Position numbers and translations under genes: made by a program. A stretch of 64,000 nt of DNA from Candidatus Thorarchaeota archaeon (lineage in GTDB: Archaea; Asgardarchaeota; Thorarchaeia; Thorarchaeales; Thorarchaeaceae), in assembly GCA_046482545.1 (NCBI GenBank), contig JAWOEX010000010.1, positions 32,001-96,000 of the forward strand. Direction: 5' to 3'. The notes beneath the pieces were generated by a model. It was not told the DNA's origin and did no database searches. It was given only the letters and a program-made list of their open reading frames with translations. Within the stretch, counting starts at the first letter, position 1; each line of letters starts with the position of its first letter. Below are positions 1-9,504 of the stretch, in pieces.

Positions 1-936
1 AGTTATCTGCTTGGACTTCTGTCTGAAATATTCGTCTAACATTTTTTGGGTGTCCGGGCTCACAAGGTTTTCCTCCACGATTCCCATCTCCAGGTGTACT
101 AGTCTTATGAAAGTCCAAGTTAAACAAGAAAAGAGTGCAAGGGGTACGAATCTCAACATTGTTTTTTGTCTCTCTCCCGTTTTCACCAAAGGTGTCTGAA
201 TAGGTATCTCAAAACTACCAGGCGGTTCCACAAAAAAGTAAGCGAGGTCATACATTGAACTGCCCATGCAGGCGTTTTCAAAATCTATTAGGACAACAGA
301 CGTTTCCTGCAAGATGACATTGCTGGGACGGAAATCACCGTGCATCATGTCAGCTGGCCAGTCGGGAAACCCTTCCATCGTTTGTTCTAGCTTATTTCCT
401 ATCTTTTTCATCTTTCCAAGATAATCGGATAAGGGCTCACGCTGTTTTGCGCCACTGCTTTCAACTTGTCCAATCTTCTTTCGGCACATGTTCAAGTAGT
501 CAGTTGGATTGTTGTATTCTGGGAGAGGCAGGCGAAGGTCTGAGAACCTAGAAAGACTATCTCTAATGGCGACAAGCTCCTCATCAGAAAACGAGCGATA
601 TTCCTGTTTGGTGATTCCTTCCTCGTATTCGGTAACAAAGAAAGGTAATTCATAATCAAGCTTGCCCTTGGCCACAGGTTTATTCGATAATCTGTGACCA
701 TATGCGATTTCGTGAACTCTCCACTGTAAATCGTAAGGATTCTCCTCATAGTCAATCTGCAATGCTGGAACTTTCAGAACATAGCAATCATTGTCGCTTT
801 TCAACAAAAGATTAAGATTCGAGCTGCCTCCTAAAAATTGGATGGTGCCATCCAGCTCTAACATAAGCTTGGAACGCAGCATCTCAATGAATCTATTTGC
901 TTCGTATCCATGAATCGTAGTCGGACTATTACTCAT
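1..936 (-). CDS. Aminoglycoside phosphotransferase/choline kinase-family protein (3' end runs off the window)
   Basis: Not in the ORF track because there is no stop in the window. Manual translation from ATG at 936 is open to base 1 and contains GGSSNLN, YVLK, the Brenner motif MHGDFRPSNVI, LIDFE and YDLA. Confidence 0.85.
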   Translation of the reverse strand, partial: MSNSPTTIHGYEANRFIEMLRSKLMLELDGTIQFLGGSSNLNLLLKSDNDCYVLKVPALQIDYEENPYDLQWRVHEIAYGHRLSNKPVAKGKLDYELPFFVTEYEEGITKQEYRSFSDEELVAIRDSLSRFSDLRLPLPEYNNPTDYLNMCRKKIGQVESSGAKQREPLSDYLGKMKKIGNKLEQTMEGFPDWPADMMHGDFRPSNVILQETSVVLIDFENACMGSSMYDLAYFFVEPPGSFEIPIQTPLVKTGERQKTMLRFVPLALFSCLTWTFIRLVHLEMGIVEENLVSPDTQKMLDEYFRQKSKQIT

Positions 937-998
937 TTTCGCGCCAGACGACCTAACAGAACTTAAACTCTTAAATGGCGGCCCGAGTCTAGAAAAAT

Positions 999-1286
999 AT
1001 GAATGGTCGGGAGATTCTGTTCATGCTTTCGCATTTATTCAGAAAAAAGGGAGAATCTGTTGATATCGATGAAGCGGTCCATTATCTCTCGTTCAGATGT
1101 CGCTACGGGAAACCAAGTGATATCAGAAAAGTGCTTACCATTGCACTTCAAAATGGGATGATATCAAGGTCGGAAAATCAAGTTTCAGCAGAATTCCTCT
1201 ATGACAAGCAAGACCTCTCCCCAAATCAGATTGCTGAGATCGGAAAGCACCTCACCGTGAAAACGGACACACCTGAAATTTCCTAA
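999..1286 (+). CDS. DUF2240-like small archaeal winged-helix protein
   Basis: Pattern LFRKKG..VDIDEAVHYLSF..YGKPS..RKVL..ALQNGMI resembles archaeal DUF2240. Confidence 0.6.
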   Translation: MNGREILFMLSHLFRKKGESVDIDEAVHYLSFRCRYGKPSDIRKVLTIALQNGMISRSENQVSAEFLYDKQDLSPNQIAEIGKHLTVKTDTPEIS

Positions 1287-1288
1287 TC

Positions 1289-2401
1289 TCATGCAGGGGA
1301 AGCGATATTCTGAATTGAACCAAGGAGTGCAGAGAGTTGTATGAATGGATTTCTTGCTTGCGTAATTCTGAAGTCAATTTCTGCTACTCGTGACAGTAGT
1401 CTATAGAGCTGTGCTTGCGGAAATGGTCTCCTGAGCAAATCTCGTTGAATCTCGACAATGACCTCATTTGGTTCATAGCCTTCCTTTGCAAGCAAGTTCC
1501 TAACTTTCTTTCTTGCATTTACGAAAGAACCATCAATAGCGTTGGAAACAGCTTCACTTACTGTTTTCGTAAGAAATGTCTCGGAACATTGGTATACATC
1601 ATCTTCGGTCACCACCTGAGTTCCAGAAGAAGCCATCTGGAGGAGATTAATTCCTCGTCTAAAATCACCGGAGGATTCTCTGTAAATTCCAGCAATAGCA
1701 TCTTCTTCAATAGACACATCCTCTTTCTCAGCAATATCGCGAATCAGTTCCTCAATTGTATCCTTGTTTCCCCTTGGAAATCGTAATAACAGGCATCGGG
1801 ATAGTATTGCCGGGCTCCATCCAGCCAATGAAGGAGTGATGAGGATGAACCTGCATGCTTCGTTGTAAATCTCCATGGTTCGCCTTAATGCTTGCTGCAT
1901 GTTATTATCGAGAGCATCAGCCTCATCCAAAACAAGGATTTTGGTCAACCTCGTACTGACTGTTACTGTTGAAGCAAACATCTCGATTGCTTTGTGCAGT
2001 AGCTGGCTCCGATTCGGTCGTCTCCTTCTACCTCCCTTCAGCTTAAGTTCAGCCTTGGCTTCACTATACACTCGGGACATATACTCGTCAAGATATGTTC
2101 GATCCTCGGGATCCATTCTCGCAATCTTGCTCAGAGATCTCTTTGCTTTCGATACCGGGAAATTCCTAACATCTCGGATATTAAGTGACATATAGTTTGA
2201 CTGAAAATCATCTCTAAGTAGCTCTCGTGCGAAAACTTCCGCAGCCGATGTTTTGCCCGTTCCGAATGGTCCATAGAAAATCATATTGGGTAGAGTGCCC
2301 GAAGATGCCAAGTGTTTCAACTGAGAAATGGCAACGCTATCACCTTTGAAGTCTTGCCATTCCTTGGGTCGATATTTGATACACCAAAGCAAGGGCTCCA
2401 T
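1289..2401 (-). CDS. rfcS: Replication factor C small subunit-like clamp-loader ATPase with an internal insertion
   Basis: W..KYRP box, Walker A GPFGTGKT, Walker B ILVLDEAD, QQALRRTME, SRC arginine-finger motif, GDFRRGIN, C-terminal collar domain. Confidence 0.88.
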   Translation of the reverse strand: MEPLLWCIKYRPKEWQDFKGDSVAISQLKHLASSGTLPNMIFYGPFGTGKTSAAEVFARELLRDDFQSNYMSLNIRDVRNFPVSKAKRSLSKIARMDPEDRTYLDEYMSRVYSEAKAELKLKGGRRRRPNRSQLLHKAIEMFASTVTVSTRLTKILVLDEADALDNNMQQALRRTMEIYNEACRFILITPSLAGWSPAILSRCLLLRFPRGNKDTIEELIRDIAEKEDVSIEEDAIAGIYRESSGDFRRGINLLQMASSGTQVVTEDDVYQCSETFLTKTVSEAVSNAIDGSFVNARKKVRNLLAKEGYEPNEVIVEIQRDLLRRPFPQAQLYRLLSRVAEIDFRITQARNPFIQLSALLGSIQNIASPA

Positions 2402-2603
2402 TCTCTACACATCTTAATGTGATGGGATATAACAAGATAAGCATGACCCTATCTGCGGCTCAGAAAACAAATCTCTACATCCGGTATCGTGTTTCTTTTA
2501 TTGGGTATTATGGCCGTCAAAATCTACAACTCGGATATCTCACCGAAAACAAGATAAACTGACAATTGTAAGTTTGTTAGTTTCCAGGGGCCTGAATATT
2601 GAT

Positions 2604-4319
2604 ATGACTAAGGAGAGCCTAGAAAGCGAACTCGAACACATGTTCAGAGATGACTTAATCGTTGCTTGTCAGTACTGGGGAATTGATATCAGCGAAAGCT
2701 CTTCGACTCATGAGCTCAAAGATTTGCTTGCCGAAAAAATGCGCAACCAAGAGGCTCGCGAAAGAGTTTTCGCCACATTTACCAAGAAAGAGCTGGATCT
2801 CTTAGGGATTCTAAGTCTAAGTGGCGGAGCCATGTCGAATGATAGACTCAAGCCATTTAGAAGGATTTACAGCTACGGGCAACTCAATCAGACTGAGCGT
2901 GATCTTCGGAAAAAGGGGATTATTATTAGGAAAATCTTGAGCCGGCTCACCGAGTATGGACGTGAGGTAGCTGAATTCAAGATTATGGACTTCTTCATCC
3001 CTCATTTACGAGCATTGTTTTCAAAGAAACCCGAAGAGAAGCTGGATAAACCAAAAGACAACCTCAAATTCGTCAATCAGCGGGATACTCTTCTCATCGA
3101 TATTCTCCAAGCAGTCTCGTATTTCGCAAAGAATGAAGTAAAGCTTACCAGCTCGTGGGAATTTCCAAAGAGAGAGATGGACAGAATCATCGAGAGGCTT
3201 TCAGAATCAACAGAGGAAAGGTTTGAGATAGTACAGAAGATAGCAAAGAAGGCCACAGCATACACCATAACTGAAGATGATTATGTATTGCCGGGTAATG
3301 TGAAACGAGTATTCAACGGTGACCAAGAACAGGTTTCAAGAAGGATTCTTCTTTCAGCTCTTGGTCGAACCCGGGCAATATGGGCATCCTCCGATCAGCC
3401 AACAGAATACTCGCTAAATCTCATAATTTGTCGCCTTCGAGAAGCGGATAAAGACGATTGGATTCGTGTAGATGACCTACGAGAATGGATTCGCAGTGAG
3501 CTCTACTTGGAGAATCAGCCTCTCAAATGGTTAAAGGTGGACAATGAACGGGTTAGACTGGCACTAGAAACACCAATCCTCTTGGGTATAGTCGAAGCTG
3601 CGTACAAGGGGGATGGAGTGTATGCCATCAAATTGACAGATATGGGTGTAAATGTAATATGCGGAAGGGAAAAGGAGCATCACGATGGCCAAGATACCTT
3701 CTTTGTTGTACCGAATTTCGAGATAACTGCATTTACAACTGAAATGAATTACTACAATCTCTATCGACTGATGCTCATTAGTAAACCAGTCAAAACAGAT
3801 GTGGTTAGCACTTTTCAGATTACTGAGAATTCAATTTTCAGGGCCATAGAAATGGGATTGGGGCAATCTGAAGTTCTGGGATTCCTGAGAGAAGAGAGTA
3901 GCAAGCCGGTACCTGAGAACGTCGTGAGGTCGATTGAAGACTGGACATCACAGACCACTTTCGCAGTGGTATCTGAGGTTACAATTTTTGAGACAGATAC
4001 TGAGAAAGAGCTCGATCATCTAATGCTACTCGAAGAATTCACTCAGTATGTCGAACGAAGGATAGGCGCGAAAGCAGTAATACTGCAGGGAGATGTGGAG
4101 AGTCTAATTCAAGACTTAGAGGAACACAAATGCCATATCAGGAAGGCGGAAGAGGAACCTAGAGGCAACAAGAAAGGCCGCACTCTATCTATGCCATTCC
4201 CAGAAGAAGCCGCATCACGTGATCACGAAGACTTGGAAGATCTGCCAGAGGAATGTAGGGGCTGTCCGGCAGTACACTCCTGTAATCGCGTCATCAGACG
4301 CCGCTCTGAAGACTGTTGA
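2604..4319 (+). CDS. Helicase-associated (Helicase_C_3 / Tfb2-p52-like) domain protein
   Basis: C-terminal half FVVPNFEI...FQITENSIFRAIEMG...VLGFL...PVPENVVRSIEDW matches the XPB-N/Tfb2 clutch-type domain. No Walker motifs seen. ATG at 2604 preferred over TTG at 2574. Confidence 0.7.
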   Translation: MTKESLESELEHMFRDDLIVACQYWGIDISESSSTHELKDLLAEKMRNQEARERVFATFTKKELDLLGILSLSGGAMSNDRLKPFRRIYSYGQLNQTERDLRKKGIIIRKILSRLTEYGREVAEFKIMDFFIPHLRALFSKKPEEKLDKPKDNLKFVNQRDTLLIDILQAVSYFAKNEVKLTSSWEFPKREMDRIIERLSESTEERFEIVQKIAKKATAYTITEDDYVLPGNVKRVFNGDQEQVSRRILLSALGRTRAIWASSDQPTEYSLNLIICRLREADKDDWIRVDDLREWIRSELYLENQPLKWLKVDNERVRLALETPILLGIVEAAYKGDGVYAIKLTDMGVNVICGREKEHHDGQDTFFVVPNFEITAFTTEMNYYNLYRLMLISKPVKTDVVSTFQITENSIFRAIEMGLGQSEVLGFLREESSKPVPENVVRSIEDWTSQTTFAVVSEVTIFETDTEKELDHLMLLEEFTQYVERRIGAKAVILQGDVESLIQDLEEHKCHIRKAEEEPRGNKKGRTLSMPFPEEAASRDHEDLEDLPEECRGCPAVHSCNRVIRRRSEDC

Positions 4320-4330
4320 GGCTGACGTGA

Positions 4331-5365
4331 TTGAAAAAAGCTCTATTGCCTGAAGAAATGATAGGCACATTCTTTGGCGTCGGAAGTGTCGGTGAGGAGG
4401 ACCCAAGGGTTCCAGTGCAATATGTACAACAACTCGAACTGCCCTATGCATATCAGATTCCTGCTCTCAGAGAAGAAGACATGATACGCCAATTTGGCTA
4501 CTTAGTTGATGGATTTGAAGAGGACGATAAAGACTTCGTGCTAGACTTGGGTATTAACACCTATCGGTCTGTTACATCATTCGATACACCTCTCATTCCT
4601 GACAGGCAGCACTTCCACAGCCTATACCTGCTTTTTGAAAACGGGTCTTATCCTATTTTCAAAACACAACAAACTGCACCAGCTACCATGTGCTACAGTA
4701 CCAGAGCGCCTGAAGGTGGACAATACGTATCTAAACAAATGTTGCAGTTTTATACCAATTTGATGAAACGTATTGCAAAAGGACAACAGAAGTATCTTGA
4801 GGATAAATGCGACAAGATAATTCTCTGCCAAGATGATCCTGCCCTAGGTTTTGTACTCGAAATGAGCAAAAATGACGCTTCGATAGGGCTTTCCCTCGGT
4901 GAAATATGGAGATTAACAGAATCGATTTTCCCTGATGGGGTCATTCCTGCATACCATTATTGCCATGACTGGCGCAAAATTGGAGAAGCCAGCCAACATC
5001 CAGTTTTCACAAGCAGACCGCTCCTTTTCCACATCGATCTTCTCAGCTATCCTCCTACTGTTGAGCAACAATTAGCAGAGAGAATGAATGCTTTCATGGA
5101 ACGAGGGGGCGGTTTAGCCCTCGGAGTAATTCCGAATACAGACGACTCTTTTCAGAGCAATCTCATCCCAACTGTACGAGAGAATCTGCGTTCATCCATA
5201 GGGAAGTTCCTCGAATCGGGAGTGGAATTGGGTTTACTTCGGAGAAATGCAATGATATCAACTGTCTGCGGACTTTCGGGTGCGAGTAAGAAGCTGACGA
5301 GACAAATTCACCGCCGGAGCAAAGAGTTACCGGCTTTATTCGAAGAGGTAGTTTCCACGTTTTGA
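4331..5365 (+). CDS. MetE/UROD-superfamily TIM-barrel protein (short Zn-dependent methyltransferase-like)
   Basis: N-terminal GVGS, QDDPAL (cf. QxDEP), Zn-ligand HYC, LALGVIP and C-terminal STVCGL. Confidence 0.6.
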   Translation: MKKALLPEEMIGTFFGVGSVGEEDPRVPVQYVQQLELPYAYQIPALREEDMIRQFGYLVDGFEEDDKDFVLDLGINTYRSVTSFDTPLIPDRQHFHSLYLLFENGSYPIFKTQQTAPATMCYSTRAPEGGQYVSKQMLQFYTNLMKRIAKGQQKYLEDKCDKIILCQDDPALGFVLEMSKNDASIGLSLGEIWRLTESIFPDGVIPAYHYCHDWRKIGEASQHPVFTSRPLLFHIDLLSYPPTVEQQLAERMNAFMERGGGLALGVIPNTDDSFQSNLIPTVRENLRSSIGKFLESGVELGLLRRNAMISTVCGLSGASKKLTRQIHRRSKELPALFEEVVSTF

Positions 5366-5392
5366 CCAGATAGGCTTAAATTATTGCCCTAG

Positions 5393-6244
5393 ATGACCCA
5401 CAGCGTGGACATCATGGGAGATAGTGACAGCGAACCCGGACCGATAATGCGTTTCATTCAGGACTACCGCATGAAGATGTTGATACCAGAGTTGCTGGTC
5501 GTCTTCGGTGTATGGTATCTGAACCCGTCTTCACTCCAGCTTGGGCCGGAAGGAAATGTCTATTCGTTCCTAGGGCCACTGAAATATCTCTGTCAGCCTC
5601 TGTATTTCATTCCCACGGGCGTTCTGATCCTGTTTACTGCGTTCACACTTCATGGTATTTACCCATTGGATAACTACCATGAAGGAAAAATCCTCAAACT
5701 CCCAAAGGGTGCTGTTTTGATGATTCTCGTATCATTTTTCTTTCTTCCTATTCTTGTTGCCATGCAAATGCTTGGATATTTCATGACAGAGGCCACGGAA
5801 TACTTTAGCCGGAACCCGCTCTGGGAAAGATTCGAGAGTTTTGGAGATCTCTTCTTCTATGCCGGTCCAATGTTCTTTGCTGGTTTGCAGTGGTGGCTGT
5901 TTATCCCAGTCTTCTTCCTCTCACAGGGAATAGATGGTATACACAAGATTGCTCACCATGAAACCTCTAGTGACAGAATTACCTGGGTTTTCTACTTCCT
6001 GTTTCCAATCACCATGCCATTTTTCTTCAGCCCTGTAGAAATAATGGCGATGGCGGCCCTCTCGATACCCGCGTTTGCTTTCTATTCGTACATCAGACCA
6101 TATTACACATACGTTACAGCGGTACACACATTCACGTTTGCAGTGCTTGTCATTGTGGCTACACTAATCGCGCCCTACCTACCGCTGATTGAGATATGGC
6201 TGCCAGGATTTGTACCCCCTCACATACCACCAAAATTCTGGTGA
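5393..6244 (+). CDS. Polytopic (about 7 TM) membrane protein of unknown function
   Basis: 283-aa ORF with about seven hydrophobic segments. Confidence 0.7.
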   Translation: MTHSVDIMGDSDSEPGPIMRFIQDYRMKMLIPELLVVFGVWYLNPSSLQLGPEGNVYSFLGPLKYLCQPLYFIPTGVLILFTAFTLHGIYPLDNYHEGKILKLPKGAVLMILVSFFFLPILVAMQMLGYFMTEATEYFSRNPLWERFESFGDLFFYAGPMFFAGLQWWLFIPVFFLSQGIDGIHKIAHHETSSDRITWVFYFLFPITMPFFFSPVEIMAMAALSIPAFAFYSYIRPYYTYVTAVHTFTFAVLVIVATLIAPYLPLIEIWLPGFVPPHIPPKFW

Positions 6245-6265
6245 AACAAGTAAGCAAGGCAAGAC

Positions 6266-6574
6266 TCATTCAGCAGCAGTAGGCTTGCGGCTTGCTGGTT
6301 TCTGGTCTTCCTCACGAAGCTTGTGGCGGAATGGCCGACCTTGACCATAAATTGAGGGGTCTTCATCCATAGTCTTGGAGAGTATAACACCTAGCCCTAT
6401 TGTCTGGACGATAACTGATAGAATAGAGATTACAAAAACCTCCAAGAAATAGGCGTGGTCAAAGAGCTGAAATATCCAAACTGTGGGATAAATTATTGCC
6501 TGAAGAACAATCCCGGTAATAAGTAGCAATACCCATCGGTTCTTTAGATTCTGTGATAGCATAGGTGCATCCAT
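6266..6574 (-). CDS. Small two-TM membrane protein
   Basis: Two hydrophobic helices and a charged C-tail. GGTGA SD-like motif upstream. Confidence 0.6.
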   Translation of the reverse strand: MDAPMLSQNLKNRWVLLLITGIVLQAIIYPTVWIFQLFDHAYFLEVFVISILSVIVQTIGLGVILSKTMDEDPSIYGQGRPFRHKLREEDQKPASRKPTAAE

Positions 6575-6630
6575 TCCTTGAATCGTATCGAGCCGGTCAC
6601 CTAATTAAAGATGTCTGTGATTTCCATCGC

Positions 6631-7608
6631 CTAACTGGTTTCTGCAGCAGTATAGTTCTCTTTCAGCTCTCGTCCCAATGCTGCTCCTAGCTGTCTAAAA
6701 TCAGAATCCGAGATATGCGGTACGCTGCGAGTACGCTTGGGAATGTCAAATCGGGCAACCATCACGACCACATCATCATCCATGGATTGTTCTATTATTG
6801 CATCGTATCTCGTTCGGATTTTCAGTTCCTTCGTCCCTTCAGCGACAGGAAGGCCTTTGTATGAGGTGCCCACGAGGTATGGGTAGCTGAATCCAGTACC
6901 CGATACCTGCACATTCACCTTCACAGTATCAGGTAACTCCTCAACATAAGCCACCGGCTCAGCATCCATGATGGTTAGTGCATCACCTCGTCTACCCAGT
7001 TTCACCTTCATGCCAACACGAAGCCCGGGTGCATCCCGTAAGGCTTTAGCATAATGATACGTATCATCAGTAGTAGGAGATTGAAAGAAATCTTCAGCAT
7101 CAATAGTCGGGAGCCTGAATCCAAGAATGTAGCCGGCCACAGCGATGATTCCGTAGATAATGATAAGCAGGAGAATCGAGTCCAAGGTCAAACCGATAAT
7201 CGGTTGTGCAAACGAACCGTAAGATAGGGCAAGCATACCAAGAAAGACCGTCAAGAAAACCATTAGTATGCAGCCACAGCACTGGCCCTCATGACCCAGC
7301 AGATCACCGTACGCTTCTTCATACTCCTCGCGCATTTGTTCATACTCATGGAAGCTTATCCATTTCTCAGTTTTCTGCCATTTTCCCGGAACATAATCTA
7401 TAGCTCGCTTTGAGGCGGCTCCAAGAATCCCCGAGAGAAGAAGCAAGCCGAAAGGGAATCCAAAATATACTAGCAGTATCGTTTCGAATGTGTCGCCTTT
7501 TGAGAGAAAATAGTATAGTGCGACGATTACCACAATGACTACAGCTACTACAAACACACGGTTTACTGTTCTCTGGCGATGGTAATCGATTATCTGTTCG
7601 TCAGCCAA
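6631..7608 (-). CDS. 4-TM membrane protein with soluble C-terminal domain (paralogue of 7673..8665)
   Basis: Layout 2 TM, loop, 2 TM, soluble domain. GAGGTGA SD before the TTG start. Confidence 0.75.
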   Translation of the reverse strand: MADEQIIDYHRQRTVNRVFVVAVVIVVIVALYYFLSKGDTFETILLVYFGFPFGLLLLSGILGAASKRAIDYVPGKWQKTEKWISFHEYEQMREEYEEAYGDLLGHEGQCCGCILMVFLTVFLGMLALSYGSFAQPIIGLTLDSILLLIIIYGIIAVAGYILGFRLPTIDAEDFFQSPTTDDTYHYAKALRDAPGLRVGMKVKLGRRGDALTIMDAEPVAYVEELPDTVKVNVQVSGTGFSYPYLVGTSYKGLPVAEGTKELKIRTRYDAIIEQSMDDDVVVMVARFDIPKRTRSVPHISDSDFRQLGAALGRELKENYTAAETS

Positions 7609-7672
7609 CGAAACTTCACCTCAGTAGGGCAATCATCCATGAACCTGAATGCTCATGAAGCTTTCTCATGAC

Positions 7673-8665
7673 TTAGTCATCACATTGGATTCTGGAAAGC
7701 AAGTTTTCAGCATCATCATGGCCTTCTTGACGTTCAATCCATTCTCTTAGCAAAAGGATTTCAGCTGCAGTTAGCACATTTTCAACATCTTTTACGCTAA
7801 GCTTCGAACGAGGAAAAGGTGGCTCCTTTACATAATGGCCATAAGAACTAGAACCACGGGATTCTCTGAATTGCCGGTCCATAGATCGCCAGTACCACTT
7901 GACCGAGTCTTCCTGGTCAGAGTGCAATAGCGCATGAACTCTATCCACTGACCAAAGCTCACCAGACCATGATTCAATGTATCCGTCTTTCTCAACATAT
8001 CTTACACGTGCAATCACACGGGGAGAACGGAATATCTCATAGCCACCATGTTCAGCTTTGTCAAGTACAACACGAACATTATAGAAACCAGGAAGGTTAT
8101 CTTGCTTCTCTGCTAGCCAGATTGCCTCTTTTATGAGGGGCAACTTGAAGTCCGAAGATGCTTCATTCCCCATAGCTTGGAAACCAACATATGTGGACGC
8201 GGCTAGCGTTGCCGGATGCAGAATAGCAGCTGCAATCAATAGAAGCCTTGCCGTAATCGTATTCGAAATTGCACCATAGAAAAGGAATCCAACCAACGAA
8301 AGTGCCAAAACAACAGGGAGAAACCACATCCAGAGCTCACTTTTTGGAGTAAGTCGACTGTACTTGCGAATGTATTCTTTGCCCATCTTGTTCAGATCAC
8401 TAGGTTCAAACTGAACTGGTTCAAATTTCCAGTCAGGCCGTCTGTACTCTACTCTCTTCTTACCCGCACGTCCAAGAAGGAATCCAGCCGCTGCGACAGC
8501 CAATGGAGCTGATGGAAGATAAAGGAAAAACAAGGCCAAACTGTATGCCTCATTCCTGACAACTTGTACAACGCAAAACCCGAGTATTTGAGTTGCAATG
8601 ATGAGTGCAATGAACAATGCCTTGATAGAACTCAAAGATCTCTTTTTCACAATCTCACTAGGCAA
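7673..8665 (-). CDS. 4-TM membrane protein with soluble C-terminal domain (paralogue of 6631..7608)
   Basis: Same topology and shared spaced motifs (Y..xxW, EY..xY, DF..P, PG, YVE). Confidence 0.75.
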   Translation of the reverse strand: MPSEIVKKRSLSSIKALFIALIIATQILGFCVVQVVRNEAYSLALFFLYLPSAPLAVAAAGFLLGRAGKKRVEYRRPDWKFEPVQFEPSDLNKMGKEYIRKYSRLTPKSELWMWFLPVVLALSLVGFLFYGAISNTITARLLLIAAAILHPATLAASTYVGFQAMGNEASSDFKLPLIKEAIWLAEKQDNLPGFYNVRVVLDKAEHGGYEIFRSPRVIARVRYVEKDGYIESWSGELWSVDRVHALLHSDQEDSVKWYWRSMDRQFRESRGSSSYGHYVKEPPFPRSKLSVKDVENVLTAAEILLLREWIERQEGHDDAENLLSRIQCDD

Positions 8666-8784
8666 GCCCGCTAGCTCCCGTAATAATGAAAACGTAATTG
8701 CTCTTTAAACGTATCCTTCGCCATTGATAACAAGTTTTGTTAGCAGAGTGGATATTATATCTTCGCTATAGTGAAGTGACAATC

Positions 8785-9250
8785 ATGGTTAGTATAGGTG
8801 ACGAGGCACCCTATTTTGAAACAAAAGATGAGAGTAAGAATACATTTAGGTTAAGTGATTACGGGGGAAAAGCTTGCCTTGGTATTCTATCCCAGAGGTA
8901 AAAGGCCAGGATGCCCCTCGGAAATGTGTTCTCTCAGAGACAGCCACCAAATGTTTGAAGACACAGGAATAACAATCTATGGTATATCTGCTGGGTCTGC
9001 TGAGTCCCATCAAGAGTTCAGGGAAGAATACAACCCCCTATTTCACCTTTTAGTGGATGAAGACCTAGAGATTGTAGAGAAATATGACGCACGTAGTCGA
9101 CTCGGTATCATTGGATTTAGTGTCAAAAGGATAACATATCTCATCGATGAAGAAGGGCCAATTGAGGACATATTCGGCAGGGAAGAAGGAGATGTAAAAA
9201 CCAAGGAGCATGCTAAGCAGATCTCTCAATTTTGGGTTCTTAAGTTGTAG
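8785..9250 (+). pseudogene. bcp: Frameshifted BCP/PrxQ-type peroxiredoxin
   Basis: ATG 8785 gives MVSIGDEAPYFETKDES..FRLSDY. The rest (LALVFYP..PGC..EMC..LRD..GIS..RITYLID) is in the +1 frame, switching at GGGGGAAAAG (8863-8872). Confidence 0.8.
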
Positions 9251-9504
9251 AGGCGTGAATTGCATATTCCTAACCGGTACATAGTCCAAAATCCTATGAT
9301 GCCGGACGACCGATGTCGCAGGCAAGTCACTATTGAAATTGCACTAGTGAACATTCATACCTTCGTGGAGCCCAACATTTTATGAATTTCAAATTGATTT
9401 ATTCATTAGCACCTGAAAGGTTACACTTTAAACCGGCCTCTGGGCCAGATTGTAATGTAAGACAGATAATCTGGAAATCAATCTGTCGCTAGCCAACGGA
9501 GTTC

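Noticed and set aside
492-755. 87-aa minus-strand ORF in the track
   Set aside because: An alternative frame inside the phosphotransferase gene 1..936.
1980-2190. Intein in the RFC subunit
   Set aside because: The insertion is only about 50 aa and lacks the N-terminal Cys/Ser block and the C-terminal His-Asn splice motif.
5393-6244. Rhodopsin or active CPBP/Abi protease
   Set aside because: No Lys in the last TM helix and no EExxxR motif; only a lone His is reminiscent of CPBP.
8863-8872. Programmed -1 frameshift at G GGA AAA in bcp
   Set aside because: The downstream bcp sequence is in the +1 frame; a -1 slip would not restore it.
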